From the NCBI GenBank assembly GCA_965601515.1, contig CBFCWN010000003.1:38843-102842 (forward strand): a stretch of 64,000 nucleotides of DNA. The letters run 5' to 3'. The position numbers were made by a program, and so were the translations under genes. Numbering within the stretch: the stretch's first letter is position 1; each line of letters opens with the position of its first letter. Shown here piece by piece: positions 1 through 9,525 of the stretch. This stretch comes from an uncultured Myxococcales bacterium (GTDB taxonomy: Bacteria > Myxococcota_A > Polyangia > Polyangiales > Houyiibacteriaceae). Under the pieces are notes generated by a model. That model searched no databases, was not told where the DNA came from, and saw nothing but the letters and a program-made list of their open reading frames with translations.

Positions 1-782
1 TCGTCCGCAGTCAGTACCGGTCGACCCTGCGCGTCGGTCGCCGAACGGAAGTAGTCGGTGTGATAAAACGTGCGAAGCCGCCCCGAGTCGAACGAGCAAG
101 GGCGCACCGGCAGATACCGCACTCCTCCTTCGCCTTTGGTGTCCATCAGAAACGGTTCGTAGAGGCGGTCGACCAAATCGGGGCGCTGGCGCAAAAGCTC
201 GTTGTAGACGGTGACGGAGCTGACGATGCGACTCTTGCCTCCGCTCTTTGCTTTTTGAAGACAAAGAAGACCCACGACGTCGGCGGCGTCGCAGTGAAAG
301 TTGATGTTCACGCGAGTTCGGTAGTGCCGAACCTCGTCGGGACTCTCGCCGGTGTCCCGAACGTGACCGAGCAGGTCGCGCTGAGGGTTCTGTGCGCCGG
401 GAATCCCGAGATGCTGGCCGAGACACCAGAAGAAGATCTCGCTCTCGCCTTCCGACCATCGCTTGACGGGGACCCCTCGGATCACCTGAAAGCCCCTGCC
501 CTCCTGAATCTCGCGCCGCCAGCGAGCGATTTCCGATGAGAGGGACGGGAGCGGGAAGTCGTCCTTGGTCAGCTCGCCGAGGGGTTTGCCGCTCTGTTTT
601 GCGGTCGCGACCGCGCGCTCGAGCTCCGCGACCTGCTCCGGGCTGAGCGCTTGGCGCCAATCATCGAGCGCCTGGAGGTCTTCACCCCGCCAGGCAGCCG
701 CGCTGCGCAAAGGCTCCCGGAGCACGCGTTGCTGTGGGCGCGAGAAGTAATGAAGTGTCTGTGCGGTGAGGGTCTTGTACAC
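1..782 (-). CDS. TauD/TfdA-family Fe(II)/2-oxoglutarate dioxygenase (3' end runs off the window)
   Basis: Not in the ORF track because it is open to the window edge. My hand translation of the minus strand is uninterrupted from GTG at 782 to base 1: VYKTLTAQTLHYF...EIQEGRGFQVIRGVPVKRW...RVNINFHCDAADVVGLLCLQKAKSGGKSRIVSS...RYLPVRPCSFD. It has an HxD iron-ligand motif and the TauD-like pattern. GGAG lies just upstream of the GTG. Confidence 0.7.
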   Translation of the reverse strand, partial: MYKTLTAQTLHYFSRPQQRVLREPLRSAAAWRGEDLQALDDWRQALSPEQVAELERAVATAKQSGKPLGELTKDDFPLPSLSSEIARWRREIQEGRGFQVIRGVPVKRWSEGESEIFFWCLGQHLGIPGAQNPQRDLLGHVRDTGESPDEVRHYRTRVNINFHCDAADVVGLLCLQKAKSGGKSRIVSSVTVYNELLRQRPDLVDRLYEPFLMDTKGEGGVRYLPVRPCSFDSGRLRTFYHTDYFRSATDAQGRPVLTAD

Positions 783-798
783 GGCTCCAGCCGTGAGG

Positions 799-3072
799 TT
801 ACGCGATCGCCTCGATGCGTGCAGGCACGTGTTTGTGCCATGGCGTTCCGGCGAGCCAATCGCGGTCCTCGGTCGAGGTGAGCTCGTTCGGAGCGACCCC
901 GGCCTGCTCGAGCGCGCCACTGCCGACGCCGTATTCGACTCCAAGCCCGTTTGGCAAAGACACGTGCCCTGGCTGCATCATCTCAGAGAGCTCGACCGCA
1001 ACCTCCACGGAGCCGCGCTTGGTCGAAAGCCGAACGCGGTCGCCATCCGCGATACCGAGCGACCCGGCGTCATCGGGATTGATCCGGAGATGACCCTGCG
1101 CGTCCTTCTTTCGCCACTCGGGGCCTCGAAAGATCGTGTTGGCCGTGAACGATCGGCGCTCACCTGCAGAAAGGACGAAGGGGTACTTCCGATCTTGCGT
1201 ACCAGGCTCTTGATCGTCGAGGGTTCCGAGCTCTTCGAGAAGCTCCGGGATGGACGCGTGAATCTTGCCGTCTGGCGTCGACACTCGGGCCCAGCCGTCC
1301 TCGTACTCGTCGACCGCGAAGATGATGCCAGACGGGTTTTCGAGAATCGCATCGAAGAGCTTCTCTGCCGCCACGAAGTTGGGCCCGTCGAAACCGGCGC
1401 GCGCGAGTGACTTCGGGAACTTGGTGGCGAGCTGATGGCAAAGCCCCCACACCACGGCCGCTGAGTCCATGCCCTTCGGCAGTCGCGGGCCGAGCGTTCG
1501 GTAGAGAATCACGGGCGCAAGCGGCGCGAGCTTGGGGTTCGACAAGACGTTCGAGAAGAACACCGGGATGAGTGCGGCGCGGCCCTGCTCGAGCGCGGCG
1601 TGAAGAGGAGCAAGGTCCTCCTCGGTGAAGGCTCCAAGAGCCTCGCAGAGGCGCGCGTGGATCTCGGCTTCTGGAAGCACGCCCTCGGGCGCATCGAGAA
1701 GCGGCTGCCGAACGTGGAAATAGTTGTGCGGAAACTCGAAGTTGAAGAACGTGGCTTCGGCCTTCTCGTACTGTGTTGGCGTCGGCAAAATGTAGTCGGC
1801 CAGGCGAGCCGTCTCGGTCATTGCGACGTCGATGACGACCAGCGTATCGAGAGAGCTGAGCGCATCGCGCATCGCCTGGCTGTCGGCCATGGAATGCGCG
1901 GGATTTCCGCTCTCGACGATCATTGCGCGGTACCGCTTCGGGTGGTCGCTGAGAATCTCCGAGGGGATGGAGTTGCATGGAGTTAGGCCGGAAATGATGC
2001 GCTCGTTGGCAACCGGGCTTCGCCGGCACTCCACTCCAGCCCCGAGCTTGTCGAGGTTTCCAGCGACGCTCACCACCGGCGTGGGAATGTACTGCGCACC
2101 CTTCTTCGCGAAGTTGCCGGTTAGGACCCAGAGCAGCTTCTCGAGGTAGCTGTTGAGCGTCGAGAAGCGGTTCATCTGAACGCCGAGGTCCTCGAAGACC
2201 GCAACGCTCTCGGCCTTCGCGATGCGACGCGCAACGTCGCGCACATCCGTTTCGTCCACGCCCGCGCGCTCGCAGTACTCGGCGACCGGAATCTTTCGAA
2301 GCGCCTCGATCGGTGCATTCGCATCGACGACGTGCTCTGCCACCCAATCGTGGTCGAGCAAGTCTTCCTGGACGAGCGCCGCGCCTAGAGCAGAAAGGAG
2401 CCAGGCGTCCGCCCCGGGCTTTACTCGAAGATGCACGTCGGCGAGGGCGGCTGTCTCCGTCTTTCGCGGATCGATCACGATGAGCGAGCGCTTCGGGTCC
2501 TTCGCCATTTCGCGCAGCGTCACGCGCGCCCGCGGGATGCCGTGCGACTGCCACGGGTTCTTCCCGATGAAGAGACCGACCTCGCAGTGCTCGAAGTCGG
2601 CGCGCGTTACGCTTCCCATGAGGCGCCCACCCACCCAAAACTCGCCGGTCTTTTCCTGGGCGAGCGCGCTGGACCGGTATCGCGACCCAAGAGCCCGACG
2701 CGTCGCGGCTGAGTAGGCTCCGGGCAGATGATTGCCCTGCCCGCCTCCGCCGAAATAGAAGATCGCCTCGCCGCCGTGCTGGTCTCGGACTGCGGAGAGT
2801 CGTTCCGTCACCTCTCGAATCGCCGTGTCCCAATCGATCTCCTCGAACGTGCCGTCTGCCTTGCGACGGAGTGGAGCGGTGATTCGGTCTGGGCCGTTCT
2901 GATAGAAGTCGAGACGGTGTGGCTTTTCACAGGCGTAGCCCTTGGACGCCGGATGTGCCTTGTCGCCGCGAATGCGCGTGAAGTGCCGGCCCCCCTCCCC
3001 GCCGAGCTGGACCTCGAGCCCGCAGTTGCACTCGCACAAGATGCACGCCGTTTGCTTCCAAGTTCCCGACAT
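799..3072 (-). CDS. molybdopterin (bis-MGD) oxidoreductase, formate-dehydrogenase-like catalytic subunit
   Basis: 757-aa ORF. The N-terminal CILCECNCGL motif is a 4Fe-4S Mo/W-bisMGD-type Cys cluster. Length and C-terminal region are typical of the family. GAGG SD upstream of the ATG. Confidence 0.85.
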   Translation of the reverse strand: MSGTWKQTACILCECNCGLEVQLGGEGGRHFTRIRGDKAHPASKGYACEKPHRLDFYQNGPDRITAPLRRKADGTFEEIDWDTAIREVTERLSAVRDQHGGEAIFYFGGGGQGNHLPGAYSAATRRALGSRYRSSALAQEKTGEFWVGGRLMGSVTRADFEHCEVGLFIGKNPWQSHGIPRARVTLREMAKDPKRSLIVIDPRKTETAALADVHLRVKPGADAWLLSALGAALVQEDLLDHDWVAEHVVDANAPIEALRKIPVAEYCERAGVDETDVRDVARRIAKAESVAVFEDLGVQMNRFSTLNSYLEKLLWVLTGNFAKKGAQYIPTPVVSVAGNLDKLGAGVECRRSPVANERIISGLTPCNSIPSEILSDHPKRYRAMIVESGNPAHSMADSQAMRDALSSLDTLVVIDVAMTETARLADYILPTPTQYEKAEATFFNFEFPHNYFHVRQPLLDAPEGVLPEAEIHARLCEALGAFTEEDLAPLHAALEQGRAALIPVFFSNVLSNPKLAPLAPVILYRTLGPRLPKGMDSAAVVWGLCHQLATKFPKSLARAGFDGPNFVAAEKLFDAILENPSGIIFAVDEYEDGWARVSTPDGKIHASIPELLEELGTLDDQEPGTQDRKYPFVLSAGERRSFTANTIFRGPEWRKKDAQGHLRINPDDAGSLGIADGDRVRLSTKRGSVEVAVELSEMMQPGHVSLPNGLGVEYGVGSGALEQAGVAPNELTSTEDRDWLAGTPWHKHVPARIEAIA

Positions 3073-3227
3073 CGCCCGACCTCGCTCTTTCTTGCCTGGA
3101 ATGGCTTTACGGAGCGTAAACCCGAGGCCCCGAATGCGCGACCTCTGAACCGCTGCGATTGTCCAGCGGATGCTGCGCGATGTCGGACGGTTGGTCGCGC
3201 GTGCGGTTCAGCCCTATCTATTCAGGT

Positions 3228-3653
3228 ATGGGCGATGCCGCCTCGACGACCGGGCTACCAAAGCACGTGCTCTTCTACGATGGGGTGTGCGCGATGTGCA
3301 ATGGCATCGTGAAGCGGTTTGTGCGTCACGACCGGGATCACAGGTTTCACTTCGCGCCGCTCCAGGGAGAAACCGCGACGCAGGCTCGTGCAAATCACCC
3401 TGAATTCCCAAGCGACATCGAGACGGTCGTGTACCTGCGGGACGGCGAGGTGCTGTTGCGCTCGCGTGCCGCCGCGCTCGCCGCTGCCGAGCTGCCGTAT
3501 CCGATGAAGGCGCTGTCGTGGGCTCGCTTCCTGCCGGCCTGGTTCACCGACTTCTTCTACGGCATCGTCGCGCGCGTCCGCTATCGTGTCTTTGGGAAGT
3601 ACGAGGTGTGTCCGCTGCCGCCGGCCGAGCACCGCGGCCGGTTCCTTCCTTGA
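3228..3653 (+). CDS. thiol-disulfide oxidoreductase DCC family (DUF393)
   Basis: LFYDGVCAMCNG motif (CxxC near the N-terminus) and about 140 aa size. Internal ATG at 3228 preferred over the track start at 3159. Confidence 0.75.
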   Translation: MGDAASTTGLPKHVLFYDGVCAMCNGIVKRFVRHDRDHRFHFAPLQGETATQARANHPEFPSDIETVVYLRDGEVLLRSRAAALAAAELPYPMKALSWARFLPAWFTDFFYGIVARVRYRVFGKYEVCPLPPAEHRGRFLP

Positions 3654-3718
3654 GCTGATGTAGGGGGGCATCGCACCTGTTTGGATGCACCCGGAAGGGT
3701 TGCTACCTTGAGAGTCTG

Positions 3719-4435
3719 ATGGGGGCTCGAGCCGGCTGGATGATCGTGTTGGCACTGCTGGTCGCGTGCGACGGCGGCTTCGACCCAAGCGAGCAGCTCG
3801 AGCGCACCGGACTCCTCGACACGGACTCCGACGACGACACCGACACCGACACCGACGTCGATACGAACACGGACTCGGACGACGACCCGGATCCGATCGA
3901 CCCAGTCCCGGCGGACAGCGACACCGACACCGACACGGATCCGCCCCCGACTCCGGGCACAGGCGGCGCTCGAGGCGAACCGTGTGCGAACGGGCCCCTG
4001 GCAGAGCCGATCCCCGACTGTCGACCCCAAGCGCAGCCAAGCACGGGAGACCCCCACGCGGACTGCGTGGCCCGAATCAATCGATTCCGCTGGGAGTGCC
4101 AGTGCCTTCCGCCGCTCGAACGCTGGACCGACGGCGAGAGCTGCACCGACAGCAACGCTCAGTACGACAGCGTCAACGGCGCGCACGCGAGCTTCTACGA
4201 CATTCCGTGCGGCAGCGGCGCACGGGCGCAGAACGAGTGCCCGGGCTGGCCGTCGACCCAACACGTCGTGACCGGCTGCCTGCAGGCCATGTGGGACGAA
4301 GGACCGGAAGACGGAAATCCCAACACCGTGAACGGGCACTACGAGGCGATGGCGACGACGCAGTACACCCGGGTCGCCTGCGGCTTCTTCACGACGCCAG
4401 AGGGCGACGTGTGGGGCGTTCAGAACTTCGACTGA
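3719..4435 (+). CDS. secreted lipoprotein with acidic D/T-rich linker and Cys-rich CAP/SCP (PR-1-like) domain
   Basis: Signal peptide plus lipobox (LLVAC), a TDTDTD/DSDDD low-complexity linker, and a C-terminal Cys-rich domain (HADCVARINRFRWECQCLPPLERW...GHYEAM) resembling CAP-domain proteins. Confidence 0.7.
   Translation: MGARAGWMIVLALLVACDGGFDPSEQLERTGLLDTDSDDDTDTDTDVDTNTDSDDDPDPIDPVPADSDTDTDTDPPPTPGTGGARGEPCANGPLAEPIPDCRPQAQPSTGDPHADCVARINRFRWECQCLPPLERWTDGESCTDSNAQYDSVNGAHASFYDIPCGSGARAQNECPGWPSTQHVVTGCLQAMWDEGPEDGNPNTVNGHYEAMATTQYTRVACGFFTTPEGDVWGVQNFD
3836..3856 (+). repeat. hexanucleotide tandem repeat (GACACC)x3+GAC encoding (DT)n
   Basis: Read directly: gacacc gacacc gacacc gac, inside the lipoprotein linker. 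Confidence 0.9.
3920..3937 (+). repeat. second copy of the GACACC tandem repeat (x2 plus GACACG)
   Basis: Read directly: gacacc gacacc gacacg. Same reading frame (DTDTDT). Confidence 0.9.
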
Positions 4436-4457
4436 CGCGGGGTGGTGCGGGGGCGCC

Positions 4458-4748
4458 CTACTCTTCGGGCGGGGTCCACGCCGTCGCCGCTAGTTCACCG
4501 TCCGCGATGCCGAGCCAGATCTTGAGCTGGTTCATCATGAACTCGGTGCCCTCCCTCGAGGAGAGGTCGACACGGTACGTGTTGATGTAGCGAACGCTCT
4601 CTTGCAGCCACTGGTCCCAGGCGTCCTTGGACACCTTTTCGAAGATGAGCTGACCGATCTCGTTCGGGAACGGCGGACGGGAAAGACCGGGAAGCTCTTG
4701 GTCGAGCTTGATGCAGTGGACGAGTCGATTCGGATCTGCGTCGGGCAT
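4458..4748 (-). CDS. yggX: Fe(2+)-trafficking / oxidative-damage protection protein YggX
   Basis: MPDADPNRLVHCIKLDQELPGLSRPPFPNEIGQLIFEKVSKDAWDQWL matches the YggX pattern (about 90 aa, conserved Cys near the N-terminus, WxQW). ATG at 4748 preferred over GTG at 4769. Confidence 0.8.
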   Translation of the reverse strand: MPDADPNRLVHCIKLDQELPGLSRPPFPNEIGQLIFEKVSKDAWDQWLQESVRYINTYRVDLSSREGTEFMMNQLKIWLGIADGELAATAWTPPEE

Positions 4749-4784
4749 AGCTACATCGATTCCTAGCACCGGGCCGCGTCGTGG

Positions 4785-5366
4785 CTACCCCAGAATGCGG
4801 AAGAACGAGCGAAGCATCTGGTAGGTGAGGCCCCACACGACGCGTCCGTCGACGTCGTAGGCGGGAAAATCGATCTGCGTCCCGTGCCATTGGTACGGGC
4901 GCGTGGTGTTCACTTCGCCCAAATAGAGTGGCGATAGCGGAGTCCACAGCGCCTCGGCCACTTCACGCTCGTCCGCCCGCACCGGCACGTCGCGATGCAC
5001 TTCGAAGACGAAAGGCCGAATGACGGTCTCCTGCGGCTTGCCTCGCGCAATCGCCTGCAGGTCGTCCAGCTGTCCGATGTGGTCGGCCTCCGCGCGAAGG
5101 TCCAGGCCGACCTCTTCGAGTGTTTCGCGAATCGCGGTGTCGAGGAGGGACGGGTCCTCGGCGTGCTGCCGGCCGCCCGGAAAGGCCATGTGCCCCGACC
5201 ATGGATCGCGCGGGTGTTCGGCACGGCGAATGAAAAACACCTCGGGGCCACTCTCGTTCTCACGAAGCAACATCGCGACGGCCGCCCACTTGTCGTGTTC
5301 GGCAAGCTCACGGGCGTCCCGCGAGTCGAGCACGTTACGAACGTGGGGTAGCCGAAGGTCGGTCAC
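4785..5366 (-). CDS. NUDIX hydrolase (CoA pyrophosphatase-like)
   Basis: Nudix box GHMAFPGGRQHAEDPSLLDTAIRETLEEVGL (GX5EX7REUXEEXGU). Confidence 0.85.
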   Translation of the reverse strand: MTDLRLPHVRNVLDSRDARELAEHDKWAAVAMLLRENESGPEVFFIRRAEHPRDPWSGHMAFPGGRQHAEDPSLLDTAIRETLEEVGLDLRAEADHIGQLDDLQAIARGKPQETVIRPFVFEVHRDVPVRADEREVAEALWTPLSPLYLGEVNTTRPYQWHGTQIDFPAYDVDGRVVWGLTYQMLRSFFRILG

Positions 5367-5416
5367 GGCGATCGGCTAGCACAGGGTCGCGGCGAGTCGA
5401 GGAACAACCCCTGGGA

Positions 5417-5659
5417 CTATTCGACGATTTCGTAGCGAAAGTCTTCGATCACCGGGTTCGCCAGGAGCTTCTCGCACATCGACTGGATGTGAGCCTCGGC
5501 GTTTGCACGGTCGCTTCCGGTGAGCTCGAGCTCGATGAGCTTGCCCACTCGCGCAGACTTCACTTCTTCGAAGCCGAGCGAGCTCAACGACCGCCGAACG
5601 GCGTCCCCCTGTGGGTCGAGCACCTCACGCTTGAGCGTGACGAAGATGTTGGCCTTCAT
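5417..5659 (-). CDS. purS: phosphoribosylformylglycinamidine synthase subunit PurS
   Basis: 80 aa. [20 protein letters not shown] pattern. ATGA overlap with the purC stop. Confidence 0.9.
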   Translation of the reverse strand: MKANIFVTLKREVLDPQGDAVRRSLSSLGFEEVKSARVGKLIELELTGSDRANAEAHIQSMCEKLLANPVIEDFRYEIVE

Positions 5660-6627
5660 GCTGCCTCCAGTCCTAGGTTTTTAGCGATGCGCGGAAGCGG
5701 GTCGGTCTCGTCTGGCTCGAAAGGGGTCCCGCGGATCTCGTCGCACGCTTGGATGTAGCGTCGGGACGCTTCGACCTTGACGTCGTCAGGGATCTCGGGA
5801 ACTGGACCGTCGCCCTTGTACCCCTGACCGGCGAGCCAGCGCCGCACGTACTCCTTGTCGAAGCTCTCCGGGTCCTCACCGGCTTCGAAACGCTGCGAGT
5901 AGCTGTCGGCGTACCAAAAGCGCGACGAGTCGGGCGTATGAATCTCGTCGATGACGACGATCTTGCCGTCGGGCGTCTTTCCGAACTCGTACTTGGTATC
6001 GACCAGGATGAGGCCGCGCTCTGCGCACACCTCTTGCCCACGCGAGAACAAGGCCATCGCGCAGCGTGCCGCTTCGTCGAAGTCGTCGGCGCTGATGCGG
6101 CCCATCTCGAGGATCTCTTCTCGGGAGACCGAAATGTCGTGGTCGCCCTTCTCGGCCTTGGTGCTCGGCGTGAGAATCGGGTGCGGGAGCTGCTGGTGCT
6201 TCTTCAGGCCGTCGGGGAGCTCGTGACCGCAGAACACGCGGATCCCGTTGCTGTAGTGCGTCCAAATGCTCGTGGAGGTAACACCCGTGATGTACATCCG
6301 GACGACCATTTCGACGGGCAGCGGCTCACACTCGACGCCAACCATCACGTTCGGGTCGGGCACCTCGAGCAGGTGATTGGGCACGATGTCTTTGGTCTCT
6401 TCGAACCACCAAGCGGCCAAACCGTTCAACACCTGACCCTTGTAAGGAAGGGTGCCGAGGACGCGATCGAAGGCGCTGATGCGATCGGTAACGACGATGT
6501 AGCGCTTTCCACCTGAGACGTAGCAGTCGCGAACCTTGCCTTCATACTTCTCCCCGAGGCTCGGGAAATCGGTTCGCTTCAAGGTTTTCGAAAGACCCTG
6601 GTGCAGGCGCTCCTCCGACACCGTCAT
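5656..6627 (-). CDS. purC: phosphoribosylaminoimidazole-succinocarboxamide (SAICAR) synthase
   Basis: 323 aa. GKVRDCY...ISAFD...LVDTKYEFG...[12 protein letters not shown] motifs of long-form PurC. Confidence 0.92.
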   Translation of the reverse strand: MTVSEERLHQGLSKTLKRTDFPSLGEKYEGKVRDCYVSGGKRYIVVTDRISAFDRVLGTLPYKGQVLNGLAAWWFEETKDIVPNHLLEVPDPNVMVGVECEPLPVEMVVRMYITGVTSTSIWTHYSNGIRVFCGHELPDGLKKHQQLPHPILTPSTKAEKGDHDISVSREEILEMGRISADDFDEAARCAMALFSRGQEVCAERGLILVDTKYEFGKTPDGKIVVIDEIHTPDSSRFWYADSYSQRFEAGEDPESFDKEYVRRWLAGQGYKGDGPVPEIPDDVKVEASRRYIQACDEIRGTPFEPDETDPLPRIAKNLGLEAA

Positions 6628-6628
6628 C

Positions 6629-7930
6629 TCATGCTCCTTCCAAGACGCGATCGATGATGGTGTCGACGTGTGCGAGCGCGTGATTCAAATCGAACTCGCG
6701 GTCGATGTCGTCCTCGGAGAGATGACTGCGAATGTCGGCGTCCGCCTTCAAGAGCTCGCGAAACTCGCCCTCCCCCTCGAACGCCTTCATTGCGTTGCGC
6801 TGCACGAGCACGTACGCGTCTTGTCGACCTAGCCCGTGGCCAACGAGAGCGAGCAGGATTCCCTCGCTCGCCCACAGCCCGCCGGTCTGGTCGAGATTCT
6901 GGCGCAGGCGCTCTGGGTAGACGACGAGGTCGGCGATCACCCCGCGCACTCGGGCAAGCATGAAGGCCAGCGTCGACGTTGCGTCGGGAATCATCATGCG
7001 CTCGACCGACGAGTGACTGATGTCGCGTTCGTGCCAAAGGGCCACGTTCTCGAGCCCCGGCACGACCGCGGCGCGAACCACGCGCCCCAGGCCAGACAGG
7101 TTCTCGGTGAGCACGGGGTTTCGCTTGTGCGGCATGGCGCTCGAACCCTTCTGCCCTTTCTTGAAGTGCTCTTCGGCTTCGCCGACCTCGGTTCGCTGCC
7201 AGTGGCGTACGTTGGTCGAGAAACGCTCGATGCCAGCCGCGATGACGCCGAGGGTCGACAGGTACGCAGCATGTCGGTCTCGCGCGACGACCTGCGTGGA
7301 CGCAGACTCGGGACGCAGCCCGAGAGAGCCGAGCGCCTCCGCCTCGATGGCAGGCGTCAGGTGAGCATAGGTGCCGACCGCCCCGGCGATCTTTCCCACC
7401 GCGATCTCCTCGCGCGCTTCGAGCAGTCGCTTTCGGTCCCGCGCGAGCTCGGCATAGTGCCCCGCGAGGATCAGGCCGAAGGTCACCGGCTCTGCGTGGA
7501 TGCCGTGCGAACGGCCGATCGCGGGCGTGCGACGATGCTCTTCGATGCGGCCGCGGAGGGCATCGAGCACGGCATCGAGCCGGACGAGTAGCAGGTCGGT
7601 GGCTTCGACGAGAAGAAGCGCTAGCGACGAGTCGAGCACATCGGACGAGGTCATCCCCCGATGGAGCCAGCGTGCTGGTTCGCCTGCGAGCCCCTCGACG
7701 TGCGTGAGGAAGGCGATCACGTCGTGCCGAGTGACCTTTTCGATCTCGTCGATCGCGTCGGGGTCGAGCTTCTCACGAAACCCGGTGACCCGGTCGGCGG
7801 TACCCGCTGGCACGAGCCCCGCGCTTTCCATCGCCCGACACGCGGCGACCTCGACGTCGAACCACGCTTCGTACTTTCGTTTTTGGGACCAAAGAGCCTG
7901 AAACTCGGCGGGTGTGTAGCGCGGAATCAT
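6629..7930 (-). CDS. purB: adenylosuccinate lyase
   Basis: 433 aa. MIPRYT start, GMTSSDV, and the fumarate-lyase signature [11 protein letters not shown]. Confidence 0.95.
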   Translation of the reverse strand: MIPRYTPAEFQALWSQKRKYEAWFDVEVAACRAMESAGLVPAGTADRVTGFREKLDPDAIDEIEKVTRHDVIAFLTHVEGLAGEPARWLHRGMTSSDVLDSSLALLLVEATDLLLVRLDAVLDALRGRIEEHRRTPAIGRSHGIHAEPVTFGLILAGHYAELARDRKRLLEAREEIAVGKIAGAVGTYAHLTPAIEAEALGSLGLRPESASTQVVARDRHAAYLSTLGVIAAGIERFSTNVRHWQRTEVGEAEEHFKKGQKGSSAMPHKRNPVLTENLSGLGRVVRAAVVPGLENVALWHERDISHSSVERMMIPDATSTLAFMLARVRGVIADLVVYPERLRQNLDQTGGLWASEGILLALVGHGLGRQDAYVLVQRNAMKAFEGEGEFRELLKADADIRSHLSEDDIDREFDLNHALAHVDTIIDRVLEGA

Positions 7931-7977
7931 AGGTGGGCCGCGGATCTAGCAGACCGTCTGGCCGCGCGCGAACGGGC

Positions 7978-8277
7978 TCAGATCTCGAAGTTCCACGCCT
8001 TTCGAACTTCGATCTTCGGGCTCGCGTAGTCGTCGACGTACGCGCGGTGGTCCGGGTCGACGATGTACGCCTTCACGTCTTCGATCGAGTCGAACTCGAG
8101 CGTGATGGCGATGTCCCAACTCGCAAGCGAGTGCTCGTCCGCGGGCACGCCCACGTTCACGCCGCGCACTTGAGAAAGGGCGCTTAGGTCTTTCCTAGTG
8201 CGTTCGGCAAACTCCGCCCGCGCGGCGTCGTTGCAGTATTCGTTCTTGAGTTTGAAGATGACGATGCGTTGAATCAT
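7978..8277 (-). CDS. Dabb (stress-responsive A/B barrel) family protein
   Basis: 99 aa starting MIQRIVIFKLK, a dimeric alpha/beta-barrel pattern. The track's N-terminal extension is Arg/Ser-rich and overlaps the upstream gene, so it was trimmed to ATG 8277. Confidence 0.7.
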   Translation of the reverse strand: MIQRIVIFKLKNEYCNDAARAEFAERTRKDLSALSQVRGVNVGVPADEHSLASWDIAITLEFDSIEDVKAYIVDPDHRAYVDDYASPKIEVRKAWNFEI

Positions 8278-8281
8278 GGGT

Positions 8282-9334
8282 TCATCCGATTCCGACGAGT
8301 CCGCAGGCGATGCCGGCGAGGTGAGGCACCGCCGCGCCAAACATCGAAGCCTCCGTGGAGCTCGCGTTCCCGTCGAGGCTGCGCTTGTACACGCCCTGAG
8401 CGATCGCGGCGAGTCGAAAGAGTGAGAACGCCTTGTAGTACGCGAGGTCCGGAACGCCGTCGCGTCCAACAAGCTTGCAGTAGCGTTCGACGAACGCAGA
8501 CTCGTCGGGAATGCCGGTCTTTTCGAAGTCGACGCCCGCGAGTCCTCCGATCTTCGGGAGCATCACGTCATAGAGCATGCACGTGTAGGCGAGATCGGAA
8601 AGCGGGTGACCGAGCGTCGAAAGCTCCCAATCGATGACGGCGAGTGCCCGCGGTTCGGTTGGATGGAAGATCAGGTTGTCGAGCCGGTAGTCGCCATGAA
8701 CGAGCGAGGTCGCCTCGTCGTCTGGGATGTTGGAGGCGAGCCAGTCCATCAGCGTGTTCATGGCCGCGACGGCGGCGGTCTGCGAAGCGACGTACTGCTT
8801 GGTCCATCGCTTGACCTGACGCTCGACGTACGCGTTGGGGCGGCCGTAGTCCGAAAGCCCCGTTGCCTCGAGGTCGACGCTGTGAATCGCGGCAAGGACG
8901 CGCGCAAGCTCCTCGTAAACGGCTGTTCGTTCTTCTGGAGAGAGCTCAGGGAGCTGGACGTCCCAAAAGATACGACCCTGCACGTATTCCATGATGAAGA
9001 AAGACGTGCCGATGATGGAGTCGTCTTCGCAAAGCGCGTACATCTTGGCCGTCGGTACGTCGGTGTCTGCGAGCGCGTTCATCACACGGTACTCTCGGTC
9101 GACCATGTGCGCCGATTGAAGGAGCTTTCCCGGCGGCTTCTTTCGGAGGGCGTACTGACGCTCGGTGTCTGCGAGCCAGAACGTGGGGTTCGACTGACCG
9201 CCCTTGAACTGAAGGACCTGCAAAGACCCGGTGTAGCCGTCGACGTGCTCCGACATCCACGCGTCTAGCTTTCCTTCGTCGAAACGATGAGCGTCGCGTA
9301 CAGGTCGAGCGTTCTCGGGGGGTGCCGGCGGCAT
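8282..9334 (-). CDS. phosphotransferase family protein (APH/choline-kinase-like)
   Basis: 350 aa. The HGDYRLDNLIF catalytic loop and IDWE motif are typical of aminoglycoside-phosphotransferase-fold kinases. Confidence 0.85.
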   Translation of the reverse strand: MPPAPPENARPVRDAHRFDEGKLDAWMSEHVDGYTGSLQVLQFKGGQSNPTFWLADTERQYALRKKPPGKLLQSAHMVDREYRVMNALADTDVPTAKMYALCEDDSIIGTSFFIMEYVQGRIFWDVQLPELSPEERTAVYEELARVLAAIHSVDLEATGLSDYGRPNAYVERQVKRWTKQYVASQTAAVAAMNTLMDWLASNIPDDEATSLVHGDYRLDNLIFHPTEPRALAVIDWELSTLGHPLSDLAYTCMLYDVMLPKIGGLAGVDFEKTGIPDESAFVERYCKLVGRDGVPDLAYYKAFSLFRLAAIAQGVYKRSLDGNASSTEASMFGAAVPHLAGIACGLVGIG

Positions 9335-9525
9335 GGGTCCTCGCTTTCAGAAGGGCGGGAGCTTATCACGGCTCCCGAGCGCCGGAGCCGAGAGAACGCA
9401 TTCGTGCCTCAACGCCGCGCCACTTCGGGACGGACCCGTCGAAGACCAGAAAAGCGTACCGGCACGCGCGATTCTCCCGTAGTACCTCATTGAGCTAGGG
9501 TCACAAGGGAGCTACGTTCAGTGGC

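Noticed and set aside
60-539. 159-aa plus-strand ORF at the window start
   Set aside because: It is antisense to an uninterrupted minus-strand frame that encodes a recognisable TauD/TfdA dioxygenase. The plus-frame product has no recognisable features.
1160-2833. 557-aa minus-strand ORF, plus the smaller ORFs listed between 815 and 3148
   Set aside because: It is an alternative frame or antisense of the well-supported molybdopterin oxidoreductase gene. The translation is extremely Arg/Pro/Gly-rich with no motifs, which is typical of shadow ORFs in GC-rich DNA.
799-3072. Possible selenocysteine (in-frame TGA) in the formate-dehydrogenase-like oxidoreductase
   Set aside because: The 757-codon frame is uninterrupted. 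There is no in-frame TGA and no need to invoke recoding.
3130-3165. Small inverted repeat ccgctg-N8-cagcgg between the oxidoreductase and the DCC gene
   Set aside because: The stem is only 6 bp in a GC-rich background, with no supporting promoter or operator context.
9356-9377. 7-bp hairpin (cgggagc-ttatcacg-gctcccg) in the divergent APH/NfeD intergenic region
   Set aside because: The stem is short, there is no U-tract, and it is not positioned after a gene end. It is indistinguishable from chance in GC-rich DNA.
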